DNA of 63,824 bases, filler included, from Reticulomyxa filosa (GCA_000512085.1; 22 parts of 22 records of this genome joined end to end with filler, not necessarily neighbours in it); one strand, 5' to 3'. Numbered from the whole stretch's first letter, positions 1 through 12,630 are shown. Program-made: numbers and translations. Notes: generated by a model not told the origin, from the letters alone.

Positions 1-847
1 TTATCATATGATCCAGAACAAATTGTATATCCATTTCCACCAATGACACCAATATCGCTCATTTTATTATCATTTTTATTATTGCTTTGTAATGGTGAAA
101 TATCAACACACCGAACACCACGTTCATGTCCATTGAAAACATGTAATGATTTTGATGTTTCAACATCCCATAAACGAATTGTTTTGTCACCAGATCCAGA
201 ACACAAATAGCTACCACCATTAAATTGTGAAAATTCAATTCCATAAACATCACTAGTGTGTCCATTGAATGTTTGTAATTGCATATTATCTTTGAAATCC
301 CAAAGACGAATGGTTTTGTCATCTGATGAATAACAAATGACATTTTGACGATGACTATGATAATGATATGATGAAAATTTTACACAATCCACAGAATCTG
401 AATGTTCATTGAATAATTGAATTTGTTTGTTATTATCAACATCACATACACGAATTGTGTTATCATTTGATCCAGAACAAATCAATTGGCGACTATCAAA
501 TGTTGAGTAATCAATACTATTCACAAAATTAGTATGTCCAGTGATTGTATTGATTAATTTGGATGAACGAAATGTATCGAACAGGAAGACAGCAGATGAC
601 TTTATTAAATAAAAATTTAAATATTTTGATTAATATTTAAAAAAAAAAGAACAAATAAACTAACATAATTGACAACGAATTTATCAAAATCCTGGATCCA
701 TCCTAATTTAATGTTTAATGTTCGAATCCAATGATGGATAATAATTTGGATCTCTTCTTCTTTTGACTGTTTCAATTACATGTAACAACGACAAATAAAA
801 TAAATAATAAAAATTAAAGATAAATTGGACTAAACTTTCATTGACAT
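1..847 (-). CDS. WD40-repeat protein of an expanded family, 3'-partial; exons ~847-836, 766-665, 599-<1
   Basis: Spliced reading MSMK|SKEEEIQIIIHHWIRTLNIKLGWIQDFDKFVVNY|SSAVFLFDTFRSSKLINTITGHTNFVNSIDYS...CSGSGDKTIRLWDVETSKSLHVFNGH. Repeated GH...WD units; GT-AG phase-0 introns. Start codon tentative. Confidence 0.88.
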
Positions 848-1479
848 TCTTATAATTTGTTTAGTTTTTTCTTGAGAGGATCTTTTGATGTAAGATGAAA
901 AAAATGCTTGAACTTTTGAAATTTCGGGTTGGTCAGTGTACTTTGTTTTTATTTAATAAATGAAAGAAAAATAAAAATAAAATTATACTATCAACAATAT
1001 TATTAAAAAAAAAGAATATGACCTTTTAGGGAGATTGTGTAAATGATTGAAACAGAAAACACATTTCTCAAATGACATCATACAAAAAGACAAAGAAGAA
1101 ATAGCACACAAATAGCATGGAAGCAAAGAGAAGACACAGTGTTTGCATTTGACGCAACAAAGCAACGACGTAAGTTTAGCGAAAAGCGATAGAAAGTCGT
1201 AGTGAGAGAACGGGACATGTGAAATGAAAGAAAGACAAAATGTAAGGAAAAAAAGAAAAGGCAAGACATATTGATACGTTTAATTGACTACGTGTCCGCA
1301 GCGTATGCATCAATGCCAAAAATACAAACAAGTCCATCACACGAGCAAATCAATAAAAAAATAAAAGCGAAAACGAGTTATCAATCCAATATAAAGATAA
1401 AAATAAAGATAAAGACAAACAAACAACATTGCTCGAACAAATAAAATTGATTTAAATAAAAGGCATAAACATACAAAAT

Positions 1480-3160
1480 TCATTGGCTGCACGAATTGGT
1501 CTTGGAAATAAGTTGATTGTTGCACTGTGACTAGGACTTCTTCATACAAAAGTTTGGCATTGAATTTATCACGTACCGATTGATCAATGTCCGTTGTCCA
1601 ATCAATTATTCTCAATTCCTTAACCCACAATTCGGCCATCTCTTTACTTTGAGCCTGTACATCTAATGTTTGAGTCTTTCCAACAACACTGAAACACAAG
1701 GTAGGATCAAGTTGGTCCTTTCCTGATTGGAACACTGGTGTCCAATGTCCCCAAGCAATGTATAAAATTTCATCGAAATCGATATGTCTCGACCCACTTC
1801 CCCAAGATATTTGTTTTGTGCTTGCATTTTCACCAAAAGTGACTTTGGCAATACGATCTTGAGGTTTTCTTTTTCTTCTTCTTCTGCGTCCAGTGTACTT
1901 TAAAAGAACAATTGACCCGCTTTCGCTTTCTTCTTTGGAGCTTTTTTTTGGCTTTTTTTTTTGGTCGGTTTTTTTTTTTTGGTTTTTCTTCCTCTTCGTC
2001 CTCCTCCTCTTCCTCATCCTTGACAATTTCGGAAGTTTTTCCTCATGAATGCGTACACACATACATTCAAATATTCGAAATAGATCAAATGTACCAATTA
2101 TCAATACACTTATTTTTTCCTGTTTCCTTTATTGAATACACCGGTGACACTTAATTTTCCTTGTTTTTTTTTTTTTTTTAATTGTCAATGTCATCAAACA
2201 TTTTTTTTTTAATATTCGCTTTATTTTCGATTTCCCCTTCCTCCACCCTATCTCCAAAGTACTTCAATACATTTTAAAAAAGTTGTGCTTAAGTGACTAA
2301 CTTCACCAACACCAATTTGCGATACATGTTGAACCAGTGGATTTGTAGATTTGGCCAACATTTTTGCCGTGTCAGGATGAACGGCTTCATTGTTTTTTTA
2401 CTAAGAAGTTAGTTGAGTCTCTTATGTCACATTATCAGCAAAGTGGATGAGCATAAAAACCAGTCAACTTTTCCTTCGGCCCTCCTTTTTTCTTTGATTT
2501 CTTGGGTGCACCTCCTGGCATTACCACTTCCTGGTTGAGTGGCGGTGCGCACAGTTGGGGTTTTTTTATCGTGTGTTTTCATTAATTCTTGCATGTTCCA
2601 GCAAATTGATATACAAGTTTTCGAACCCAAACACATCCAAAATACCAATAAACAATTGCGACTCAATATTAGGTTCTTCATCCTCGTGTTATCCGTCTCA
2701 CCCATTTGAAAACAATTCCGCATTGATGCGGATCACACAAATACAAAAAACTTTGTTCGTAAAAACCTTTATCTGTTCGTTGCGGCCCTCATCAAAGTTT
2801 ACTTTTTTTAGTAATGTTTTTCTTCATTACCACCATATGGTTGCTGTCGTCAAACGTTCTGCTAACGCTTTATCCGAAATGCCCCACAAGTCAGCCACTT
2901 TTTTCCACTACATCAAGGTTTTTGATACTTGCAAAACCCCCATCTCCTTTCCTTCTTCTTTCGCTTTCTCCGGAACATTGTAAAACAATTTAGTGAATTT
3001 ACTGAAACGACTACTGTTGTTGTTCATTACTGTCTTTGCGTTACCGTATGCTTCCAGTAATGGACTGGCTGCAATAATCTGCTGCTCCACAATTGATGTT
3101 TCCATCGATGTAGATGGAGCTGTCATTGCTAAGTAACGCATCAATATTTTAGTAGTCTCG
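1480..3160 (-). pseudogene. Myosin pseudogene: motor-domain remnants plus a PH-like tail, with large internal deletions
   Basis: TETTKILMRYL, PLLEAYGNAKTVMNNNSSRFSKF (switch I), FIGILDVFGFE (switch II), LIHFADNVT..KNNEAVHPD..KSTNPLV, then PH-like VLLKY..ISWG..CFSVVGKTQTLDVQAQSKEMAELWVKELR. Many stops and frameshifts. Confidence 0.85.
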
Positions 3161-4140
3161 GTCTAACACGACATGAAGGAGAGTGGAGGAAAAAAAAGAG
3201 TGATGAAAAAAAGTTCAAAAATTTACACAATTTTTTTTTTTTTGGATGTGCCGTTTTGCGAACATTCAAAGTAGGTCCAAGTGACGACCAAACAGTAGAA
3301 AGTGACTTGATATCTTAACAATTGTGAAATGAAAAGATTGTGTGTACTATCCAAGATCGTAGTCAGACATCGGCAAACAATTGGTACTGTTGGCAATTGA
3401 AAAAAGCAAAACAGTGTCAATACGACGTACTTCGGTTAGATAAAATGCCATCTATGAAGGCAGCGCAAAACTTGTAAAAAAGTTTTGGCAATACCTTTTT
3501 CACTGACCCAACAAGCAAAATAGCATTTAACAAAATTTTATTCCAGGTTGACTGCTATAGCAGCATTGATAGCACTTTTTCCTTTTTAATAAATTTTGTT
3601 GTTTGCTTCTTGGGTTTACATTGACTCGGTTCTTTTTCGGCAACTGCTGCACTTTTGCAGAAGTGCATTGACGAAAGAACTCTTAAGAGCGAGATCCATG
3701 TTGCATAAGTTTGGGTTGTTAGGTTTAAAGAGAAGAGCCAAACCACATTTGTACGCACAAGAGAACTTTTTCTTTTCCAGAAAAAAACTAGTAATCAAAA
3801 GTGAATGACCCTTTTTAAAAAACAATTGTAATTTTCAATTATCTATTGTTAAGCTGTTTTTGTAATCACAATTATACAAGCAAATGAAATGCTATTCAAA
3901 AATTTTAACAATTTATATACAATTATTTTTTTTCATTTTTTCGTCAAATATTCAAAAAATTGCACTTCGACATCGTTTTTTATAATTATTTATGAGTTAC
4001 ATTATGTCTTAATGAAGAGTGAAAGGGTTTCTTTTTTTTTTTTTTTTTGTTGTCGTTCCTGTCCACTTCACAAAGAAAAAAAAAAAGGTTTTTATATTCG
4101 GATGCTCTGCATCCTTCAACAAAAGAAAAAAAAAGAAGAA

Positions 4141-4240
4141 NNNNNNNNNNNNNNNNNNNNNNNNNNNNNNNNNNNNNNNNNNNNTTAATTAATTAANNNN
4201 NNNNNNNNNNNNNNNNNNNNNNNNNNNNNNNNNNNNNNNN
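4141..4240. other. Artificial contig linker (first of 21)
   Basis: N44-TTAATTAATTAA-N44 gives stops in all six frames. Linkers start at 4141, 7093, 13310, 16336, 20255, 21355, 25695, 28114, 30443, 32381, 33694, 35748, 38884, 40259, 48773, 50397, 52498, 53623, 55406, 58382, 60213. Confidence 0.99.
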
Positions 4241-4249
4241 TATATAATA

Positions 4250-4288
<39 letters not shown>

Positions 4289-4329
4289 ACATACAAACTT
4301 GTGTGTAGGATAAATTATTAGTTGAAATA

Positions 4330-6078
4330 AAAAACGACAACAAACCTAAAGCCTGTGACGTGACGTGTTTGTTGAAATGCGAGCCCTGCTTCGCATCATA
4401 AGGGTCGGGCACGTTGATCGACGGCATGCACATGGAAGATGGGGTCAAGAGCATGGACTGATGGAGAGGAGACACTTGATGCATCAGTCCATTGGTCAAC
4501 GGGTTGGCCGTGGAGCTTTGTTTGGGGTTCATGTTCATCTTTAAGTTCAAATTCATGTTGGGATTGAAGTTCCAGGCGTCCATTGCGACATTGTTGGCAG
4601 AGGCGCCGGATAGAAATGGAACGGGGGCCAAGTTCGAGAAAATGGTGCCAGAGAGCGGGTCGGACATTGGCATCGTGCTACTTCTTATTAGCACCGGGGC
4701 TAAAGGCATTACGGACGATGAGGTGTCACTTATATTCGAGTTCGTGCAAAGAGTCGATTGATTTGTTGGCCAGTCTGACAAATCCATCCAAACAACAACA
4801 ACTTTGAAGAGTGTCATATATCCACATTTTTTTTTATTTTTTATTTTTTTTATTTTTTTTGACGAAAACATTTTATTTATTTAGCTTGTTGTTGTTTCAG
4901 TGGACTTGGTAGTAGGAAGAAGAGACAGTTGGCTTTGATTTGAATTTGAGCTTGAATGTTGTGTATGCAATTGAAGTTGGGGTTGAAGCTGAGATGGAGT
5001 TTGAGATTGAGATTGAGATTGAGATGGAGTTTGAGATTGAGATTGAGATTGGGGTTGAGATCGAGATGAAGTTTGAGATGGAGCTTGAGCTTGAACTTGA
5101 ACTTGAACTTGAACTTGGGCTTGAGATTGCGATTGCGATTGCGATTGCGATTGCGATTGAGACAGAGATTGAGTTTGAGATTGAAGTTGAAGTTGGGATT
5201 GAGACCGAGATTGGACTTGGATTTGCTTTTGCTCATAGCCCTGCTCTTGAGACTGAGACTGAGACTGAGACTGAATAGAAGACAACTTTTTATTGGAAAT
5301 GAATAGCTCTGCAACTTTGGTTTTGAGCTGAGACGCGCTAATATTCGTCTGACTCGATGTCTGTTGCAGTGGCGTCGATTCCACTTGCATCGTTTGAATT
5401 CCTCGCTCTTCGCTTTCCATTTCGTGCTGTTTCTTCTTTGCTCGTCTTTTATGGTGCGATTTTTTGTGCGTTATTACATTTCGTCTTTTTTTGCTTTTTT
5501 TTTTTACTTTTGCTTTTTTTTTTTTTACTTTTTCTTTTGCTTTTACTTCTACTTTTACTTTTACTTCTCGTTTTATGTGTGCTTTTTCGCTTTTTCTTTT
5601 TCGTCTTTTTTTCCTTCTCTTCTCTTCTTTTTTTTCGCCTCTTCTTTTTACTTCTACTCTTACTTGTACTGTTACTATTACTACTGTTGTCCCTACTTTT
5701 CCTACTTTTTCTGATTGTTTTTTTTTCCCCCCCCCCCCGTTTTTTAACAAATCACAAACTTAATTGGAAACAACTTTGCTGACTTTGCCAATTTTTTTTT
5801 TTTCACAAGCACCTCGATTCTTCTGGCTTTCCCTTGGTATTGCCATCGTCGTCCATTGCAGAGTCTGGCAACAATTGCTCCTTGCTCGAACCTATACTTT
5901 GCACGGGGCTTGCGTTCATCCCTTCTGGGGTCAGACTTTGAGCTGCTACGTCCTGGTTGCCACACGAATCGGACAACGACTCCGAGGAAACGTCTTCCAA
6001 TTCTTTGTCATTCAACCATTTTTGTTGAATTCGGAACCCCTCTTGTGGATTTTGACATGTCTTTGGAGTTTCTGTCAT
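4330..6078 (-). CDS. Hypothetical multi-exon low-complexity protein (K/S-rich, QS-rich, NM-rich), 3'-partial
   Basis: Open segments ~6078-5812, ~5711-4885 and ~4790-4350 are separated by intron-like AT/homopolymer tracts; probable poly-A frameshift. No domain recognised. Confidence 0.6.
4940..5275 (-). repeat. Coding hexamer repeats (Gln-Ser/Gln-Val)n
   Basis: Tandem gagatt/gcgatt/gaactt/gagact hexamers. Confidence 0.85.
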
Positions 6079-6578
6079 TTTTTTTCACGCAAAGGCTGCG
6101 CGTTTTTTTTTACAAAAATGAGGGCCTTTTTAACTGGTTTCCCTCCTAAAAGTTTTTTTTTTAAGTACACCAAAAACCAAAAAAAAATGTTATTTACAGC
6201 CAGCCCATCTCCCCTTTCTAGAAATTTTCGACTTTTGGCATTGTGATGAATTGCAAAACAAGCCGATTCGTAGATGCTAGTATTTTTTTCTTCTTCTAAA
6301 AAAATGTAATATACTGGAAAAAACATGTCGCAGAAAATACAAGCAATGACAAGGGGTACAGATACAAACAATAGATCAAGTGCACTGAAAATAGCTGAGC
6401 CATTATAAACTCATGGGATGACTTGTTTTCATACATCGTAGGGAGAAAGGGGTGCTCTTTTTGTGTATGTGATATAAGAATAATATAAGACTTTAGACTA
6501 AATCTACAAAGAATATATTGCGATTTTGTTCTTCTTCAAAAAAATTAGTGATATTGAAAACTCGTCATAAACTCGGTC

Positions 6579-6951
6579 ATGGGCCAAGACTGGTCTACGT
6601 TTCAAACACAAGAACAAAAGAATGCGATAACTTCTCCTAAAAAAGTGAATGAGACAGTATCAGCAGAAGAATCATTAATGATCCAGCCCGTGTTTGACAA
6701 CATATTTATCGGCAGAGCAACAGTGGCGAATGACTTGGTGTTGCTTCGAAAGCATAAGATAACGCATATATTGGCAATCGGATGGGATCTGAAGAACCAT
6801 TTTCCAAATGAGTTTGACTATTTGCTAATCAATCGTATTTTAGATTCTCCGAATTTTTTGTTATTGCCATATTTCCCGATTTGTTTTTCATTTATTGACC
6901 AGTGTTTGTTATACAGTTACAATGGTCGTATTTTGATCCACTGCCACGAAG
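6579..6951 (+). CDS. Dual-specificity protein phosphatase, first exon (3'-partial)
   Basis: VFDNIFIG..ANDLVLLRKHKITHILAI..ILDSPNFLLLPYFPICFSFID..GRILIHCHEG, with a GT donor at 6952 inside the HCxxGxSR motif; MGQDWS fits N-myristoylation. Confidence 0.88.
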
Positions 6952-7050
6952 GTATGTCAGATTGCAATGATGGGTGTTCTCCTCTTGCGTTATTCCGTGT
7001 CGTGAATACTAGCAACACGTATACGCTCTCTTTCTTTGTAACTCGCATAT

Positions 7051-7092
<42 letters not shown>

Positions 7093-7192
7093 NNNNNNNN
7101 NNNNNNNNNNNNNNNNNNNNNNNNNNNNNNNNNNNNTTAATTAATTAANNNNNNNNNNNNNNNNNNNNNNNNNNNNNNNNNNNNNNNNNNNN

Positions 7193-8353
7193 TGTTGTTG
7201 TTGTTGTTGTTGTTGTTGTTGATCGCCATTACTTCATCGTCATTGCCATTGTTGCGATAATAACCATCATTATTGTCATTGTTATTGTAATAATAATGGC
7301 AATAGTTTTGGGGATTTACACGGCTCACTGTAGGCGTGTTCAGAGAAAGGTCCAATTGTTCATCCATGGCACATGCATCGGCCGTTGCGGCCTCATTGTT
7401 GTCATACGATATATTTCGCTGCTTTTCCATCGCTGTCACTGTGGATTGCTGATTGTACGCCTCTTCCGAGTTCTTCTCACAGGACCGCGACTGCACATAA
7501 TTCAAATGTGCGGAGCGCATGTCAAGGCTTTCTTGAGTCCTAAGTATAGTTGTTTTTATTCGTATATGTAATCTCCAATGCTGCAAATCACATATTAGAC
7601 ATATACACATATATGCATATATGTACATATATTATATATAATGTATATATATGTATGTATATATATATACATATATATAAGTAATAACGGATTTGTAAGT
7701 TGAGAAGAAAGTGTATCAGTGAGATATCGTCCTTTGGTATTGGAACTGCGACCACTACTCTCATCTTTCATAGCAAGTTTAATGGAGGAATTGTCGGGAA
7801 TATCTAAATACCCATTCTCCGTCGTGCGATCCGTGCATCCGTCTTGTGGATCATTGCGAGCATAGTCATGCTCTTTGTCGCACACATGCGTCAGGTTGTT
7901 GTGTTTCGCGTTACAGTCCAATAAAACTTCATTCAAGTATTCAATGAACGATTCATTCAATGGCACCGCCGGCAAGCAAACCACTTTTTGTACCATCAAT
8001 CCCCAACAAATGCAATGCATATACATTATATACATATATACACATATATAATGTATATGTATATATGGACATCCACACCTTACAAAGAAATAAATAGCTT
8101 TTTTTTTTTTTTTTTTTTAGATTCTAAAAAAAGATATAAATACACGAAACAAGCATGTCTCAAATCGATTTTGCAATTCTTGACTTTGGTAATGCCGTTT
8201 TGAATCAATGCCAAGTATTTCAAGACTAAGATGAACCCATCCCTCGTGATTTCGCAATCAAAGAGATTTTCAATAGAGACCAATGTTCCAATCTTTTTAT
8301 ATATGTATATATATATTTTTTTTTTTTATTTTATTGTCTTTCTTCCTCCCCTC

Positions 8354-8384
<31 letters not shown>

Positions 8385-9290
8385 TCAACTTTCAAAAGAA
8401 CCCCTTTGTCGAGCTCCCATTTTGCAATGGGCACTTTGACTCCCCTTGGAGTTGGTGCGCTTAACAAAGAGGAGTTGTGCATGCGAGGGTTGGAAATGGA
8501 CTGTGTTTTTGCCCTTGTAGTGATATCAATGATTTGTTGGAATATTGGATTGGTGATGTCACTTGACAAGTGTTGGTGATGAGTCCGTTGACTATGTCGC
8601 TCAATATGCGTGTGCTTGATGTTTATCTCCAATCGGTCCAGTTGCAGCCGTTCCATTTGAATATTGTAGCACCAATCAAAATAGCAATGGTAAATACTTT
8701 CCGCATAGCATTTCCAAATGCGCACTTGTTTTTCTCTCATATCTCCTGTTATTGTTATCCAATTTTCTTTTTCAATTCCATCAAATACTATCTCATTTAA
8801 ATCGCTTAAGTAATGATATTTTGATGGATTCAATTCTTTCTATTATATACATATATATACATATATATACATATATATATATATGTATATAATAGAAAGA
8901 ATTGACATAAACAAAAACCTTGTCTTGTTTTCTTCTCATTTCTCAACGGAAAGTGTGAACATAATGGGCTCACTGTCATTTGTATTGCCATGACAATCGG
9001 CTATCGCAACATTGCATGGCCGTGATGAAGACGGAGAAGGCTCTCTGTCGTCATGACTTCCCATTTCACTATGTTTTTTTCTCTTTGCTTTTTTTGAATG
9101 ACCCTTTTTTGAACGTTCGTTTTTCGATAAAGTTTCGAAAGAGGTCTTCGATGGGCTTGACACTACTTGGTCCATATAGTGACGACACCAATTGCTGCCG
9201 ATCGGCTTCACGCCTTTCGCATGCCCTTTTCTTACTGCCTTTTCTATTTGTTTCATTGTATATCCGTGTTTCACTAGTTCTTCCACACCT
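7193..9290 (-). CDS. Hypothetical multi-exon protein with a possible split EH/EF-hand-like segment, partial
   Basis: About five open exons separated by (TA)n or poly-T introns; ITITG..VRIWK..ITRDGFILVLKYLALIQNG loosely resembles an EH domain. Confidence 0.55.
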
Positions 9291-9369
9291 ATTTTGTTTT
9301 TTTTTTTTGCTCTTGCTCGCAACTTTTCACTTTTTTTTTTTTGAAGAATAATATTATCACAAATTGTTC

Positions 9370-10435
9370 AATACAACTTCTACAAACTGGTGTTGTTCAT
9401 GCTTAAGTCAACATCAACATTGAACGTGACTAAACGATTTGCAACATGTTTGCAGCAAATGGGCTTGGAAGAGTTTTTTTTGTTATTGTGTTTTCTTGAC
9501 CTGACAAAAAAATTTGCTTTGCGGCTTCGCCTGGTGTTTTCGGAAAGAAAAAATAAAAAATGACCACTAAACACGAAATCATTCAAATATAAAGTCACAT
9601 GACAAAATAAAAAAGCGCTTGTGCCAAGTGCGGAACTTGTTGCCTTGCTTTTCCAAATAGCCTTGCTTTACCCTTTGCATTTGTTTCGAATGTCCTCATT
9701 GCAAGTCGCATTCGACTGACGTGTCAGTTTCGATATCCAATTCATGACATCTGCTATTATCATCTTTGATTTTTTTTGTCGATTTTCAGAATCGTGTTGT
9801 CTTTGTCGCTTGTCAAGTTAGTGATATTTTCGTTAGACACGACATCACTGTGCTACGCGCCGTGTCCAATCTATTCATTGCGGCGCTAGTCGGTTTAAAC
9901 CTGGTCGTGGGGAACAATCGGTGTGAGTGTGTGCTGTTTGTGGACACTTTCAATTGCATGTATAATCCATTCAATTCATTATACTTTGTCTCAAATGCTT
10001 CAATGCAATGAGATAATGTGTTCTTATTACTTGCACTTGACGTAGTGCATATACGATCAATTCACATTTGTGTTTGGAGTGCACTTTGATTCTTTCTAAA
10101 GCGATAATGTGCGAACGTTGTTTGGGTGTTGATTTCGTCACTTTGCTTTTTTCAGATCGTTTAGCGTTTCCTCGTTTTTGCGATCTAAAAAGTCTATTTC
10201 AAGAGACATGCAGGCTCATAGTATCTTTGCATTTCTGTATTGATCAGCAGTTCTTGCTTGCATCAGCATTTAAATACGCATTTCATCAATAGATACGCAC
10301 ATTCATTAGATACTTGGTCCGATTATCCTTTGCGAACAATCTTTTGATGCATCTGCTGTTCGAGCAAGTCAATGATCAGTTCACCCATTCTATCTCCATA
10401 TGTTGCTCCATTGCTTGGCGAGTCCTAGTCGCCCC
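9370..10435 (-). pseudogene. Degenerate helical region plus PH domain
   Basis: MQRVKQGYLEKQGNKFRTWHKRFFILS at 9680-9601 is a typical PH beta1-beta2 signature. The upstream sequence is coding-like but broken by stops. May be the 5' part of the gene at 7193-9290. Confidence 0.65.
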
Positions 10436-11028
10436 TACAACAAGTAAACGATATATACATGCATATATGCACATGTGTCTACGTATATAATCGGACAATC
10501 AATTCCAACAAAATATACAAACAAACAAAAAAATGGTAATAATAAAAATTAGAATTTTTGATAATATTATCTAATAATCACAAATCAATTGATGACAATG
10601 TGCTCTTATCCTTTCTCCATATTTTATCATTGTCGCTTTGTTAATTGTTTCCTCAATTCTCTTTTGTTTGTTTATGTGTGTTTTTTGTTCCAGAAATTAG
10701 TGATGTTTTTTCTGAATTCAGATATCGATCACCCAATCTCCACTCTACAGATCCTTTTATTGGCATTTACGAAGATAATTATACTACAATGATTTGATTA
10801 GGAAACGTAAATGTGATGTATAGTGTAAATAAAAATAATTTTATTCAATTGGTAGGTGAGTCTATTTCGTTATTCAATATCTACCACCCACCTTCAAAGC
10901 AAATTTTGAAAAATGTTATTTGAAATTTGGGTTTACATTTTTACTTTCTGATTTAGTGTGCATTGCAAAGTTTTAACATAGAAAAGGAAATACATAAGTA
11001 GCAGATTACTTACTATAATGTAATGCCA

Positions 11029-11946
11029 CAATAGTTTGCAAAAAAGACAGTACACCCAAAAAAAAAAGGTGCTTTTTTAGTATTTGACTTATCTTTATTG
11101 AAAAGAGCTAAAGTAAAAATAATGTTGTATATACATAGAACAAATCACATACTATCTTTATTCTATGTTGTACTATCTTATTTCTTGGATTTATTTGAAA
11201 GGTTGTACATTCAATTTTTTTAGCTCGCTTTTACAGTATGTCTTTTTTGTTTAACAAAAATTTTTTTAATAAATCTCTACCAAACTGTAAAGAAAAAATA
11301 ATTCATTTAACAAACGTTTATACTTGTGTTTAAAAGAAGCTTTTATGCGTAATTTACTACTTGTTGGCTCGCCTTTGGCCTTTATCGCAGCATGAATGCA
11401 GTTAGTCATTGAAGCAATAAGACTATCACACAAATCACCTTCAATCAGTACCATTTATTGCTAAACTCCTCAAATAACTCTTTACTGGAAAATAGTCCAT
11501 TTTTGTAATCCACAAAATGTTCTAAATTGGATTCAGATCTTGTTTTGCCATTTTTCGCATAGACTTTCCATCCAAAAGCATTTACACAGCTATTCACTTT
11601 GTAAACTCATCACATTGCTTCCCCGTAATGCTTTTTACTTTCTTCTGTGTTTATTGTGCGTTAAATACTTTAATATTAGTCAGTATAATTCATTTTAAAC
11701 TTTTTTTGTTTGGTAAGATAGTTTTTTTGAACATTTAATTTTCAAACTCCTGAATAAAAAGAAGGATGCGGAACTTTTCAAATAGATGCAATATATAAGA
11801 TAATACAAATAGAACATAAATAGTCTGTTGTTCGTTCTATGTATCTACAACATTATTTTTACTTTAGCTCTTTTCAATAAAGGGTACAAGTCAAATACTA
11901 AAAAGCCCCCTTTTTTTGGGTGTATGATTTTTTTTGCAAACTACGG
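11029..11946 (-). mobile_element. Internally deleted Tc1/mariner-type DNA transposon with ~150-bp terminal inverted repeats
   Basis: 11029-11180 is the reverse complement of ~11795-11946 (e.g. ctttattgaaaagagctaaagtaaaaataatgttgta); TA flanks the right end. Internal remnants QDLNPI*NILW (SPDLNPIENLW motif) and LIASMTNCIHAAIKAKGEPT (Tc1 C-terminus). Confidence 0.88.
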
Positions 11947-12204
11947 TATAAACACTGACATTAAACAACTTTGTCAATATATTGTTAAGTAAACAACTTT
12001 CACCACTACATTGGATCTAATGCTGACTAATAACAGTGATACTTCTTATAAGGTTATGTTTCCATTTTTTGGGCGCACTCTAAATCATGAATAGTTACTA
12101 TCTTTTTTTTTTTACGGCGTTGTGCAATGATCTTATAAATTTTATTTTTTAAAATATCCTTTTCACTCTCCCCAAAAAATAGAAAACTCATTTCAATAAT
12201 TAAT

Positions 12205-12630
12205 TTTACATCCTAAGTGATATGTGAATGGCCATCTGCCAGACATGCAGAAAATACGCATATGTACATGATTCACATAATGAAAAAAAATGAAACATTT
12301 TCACAATTCGTTATTGTCCAGACATGCACTCATTCATAACAACTTATGTGGTCATCCAATAGAAAGGATAATTTGTGCTGCTAATGGACGTAACCAAAAA
12401 TTGGTGATACAACTCACAGAAGTCAGAATACAGGACTGAAGCAACTAGAAATATCCAAAAGATACATTTTGGATGGACCAGACGAAGAGTTATCAGTAGG
12501 TGATTCGTTTTGGAGGTACGAGTGAATGACAGCTTTAAGAGAAATTTATGAAGTAGCTAGCACATTGATACGTTTGTTGCTCCATTTAGCATTGTTAATC
12601 AAAAATGCAGCTGTTTCAGAAGTTTGCAAG
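12205..12630 (+). pseudogene. RNF213-like C-terminal fragment with an RZ-type zinc finger
   Basis: Frameshifted HLPDMQ..RYCPDMHSFITT/LCGHPIERIICAANGRNQK/IGDTTHR..YILDGP..STLIRLLLHLALLI follows the RZ pattern CPxxH..CGxP..C..C..IGG..H and the downstream LIRLLxHLALL helix. Confidence 0.65.

Noticed and set aside
715-735. GTTCGAATCC as a tRNA T-loop (also ~25538)
   Set aside because: It is the antisense of the W-I-R codons in the shared module; no cloverleaf.
4877-5782. Overlapping ORFs in many frames
   Set aside because: Caused by stop-free simple repeats.
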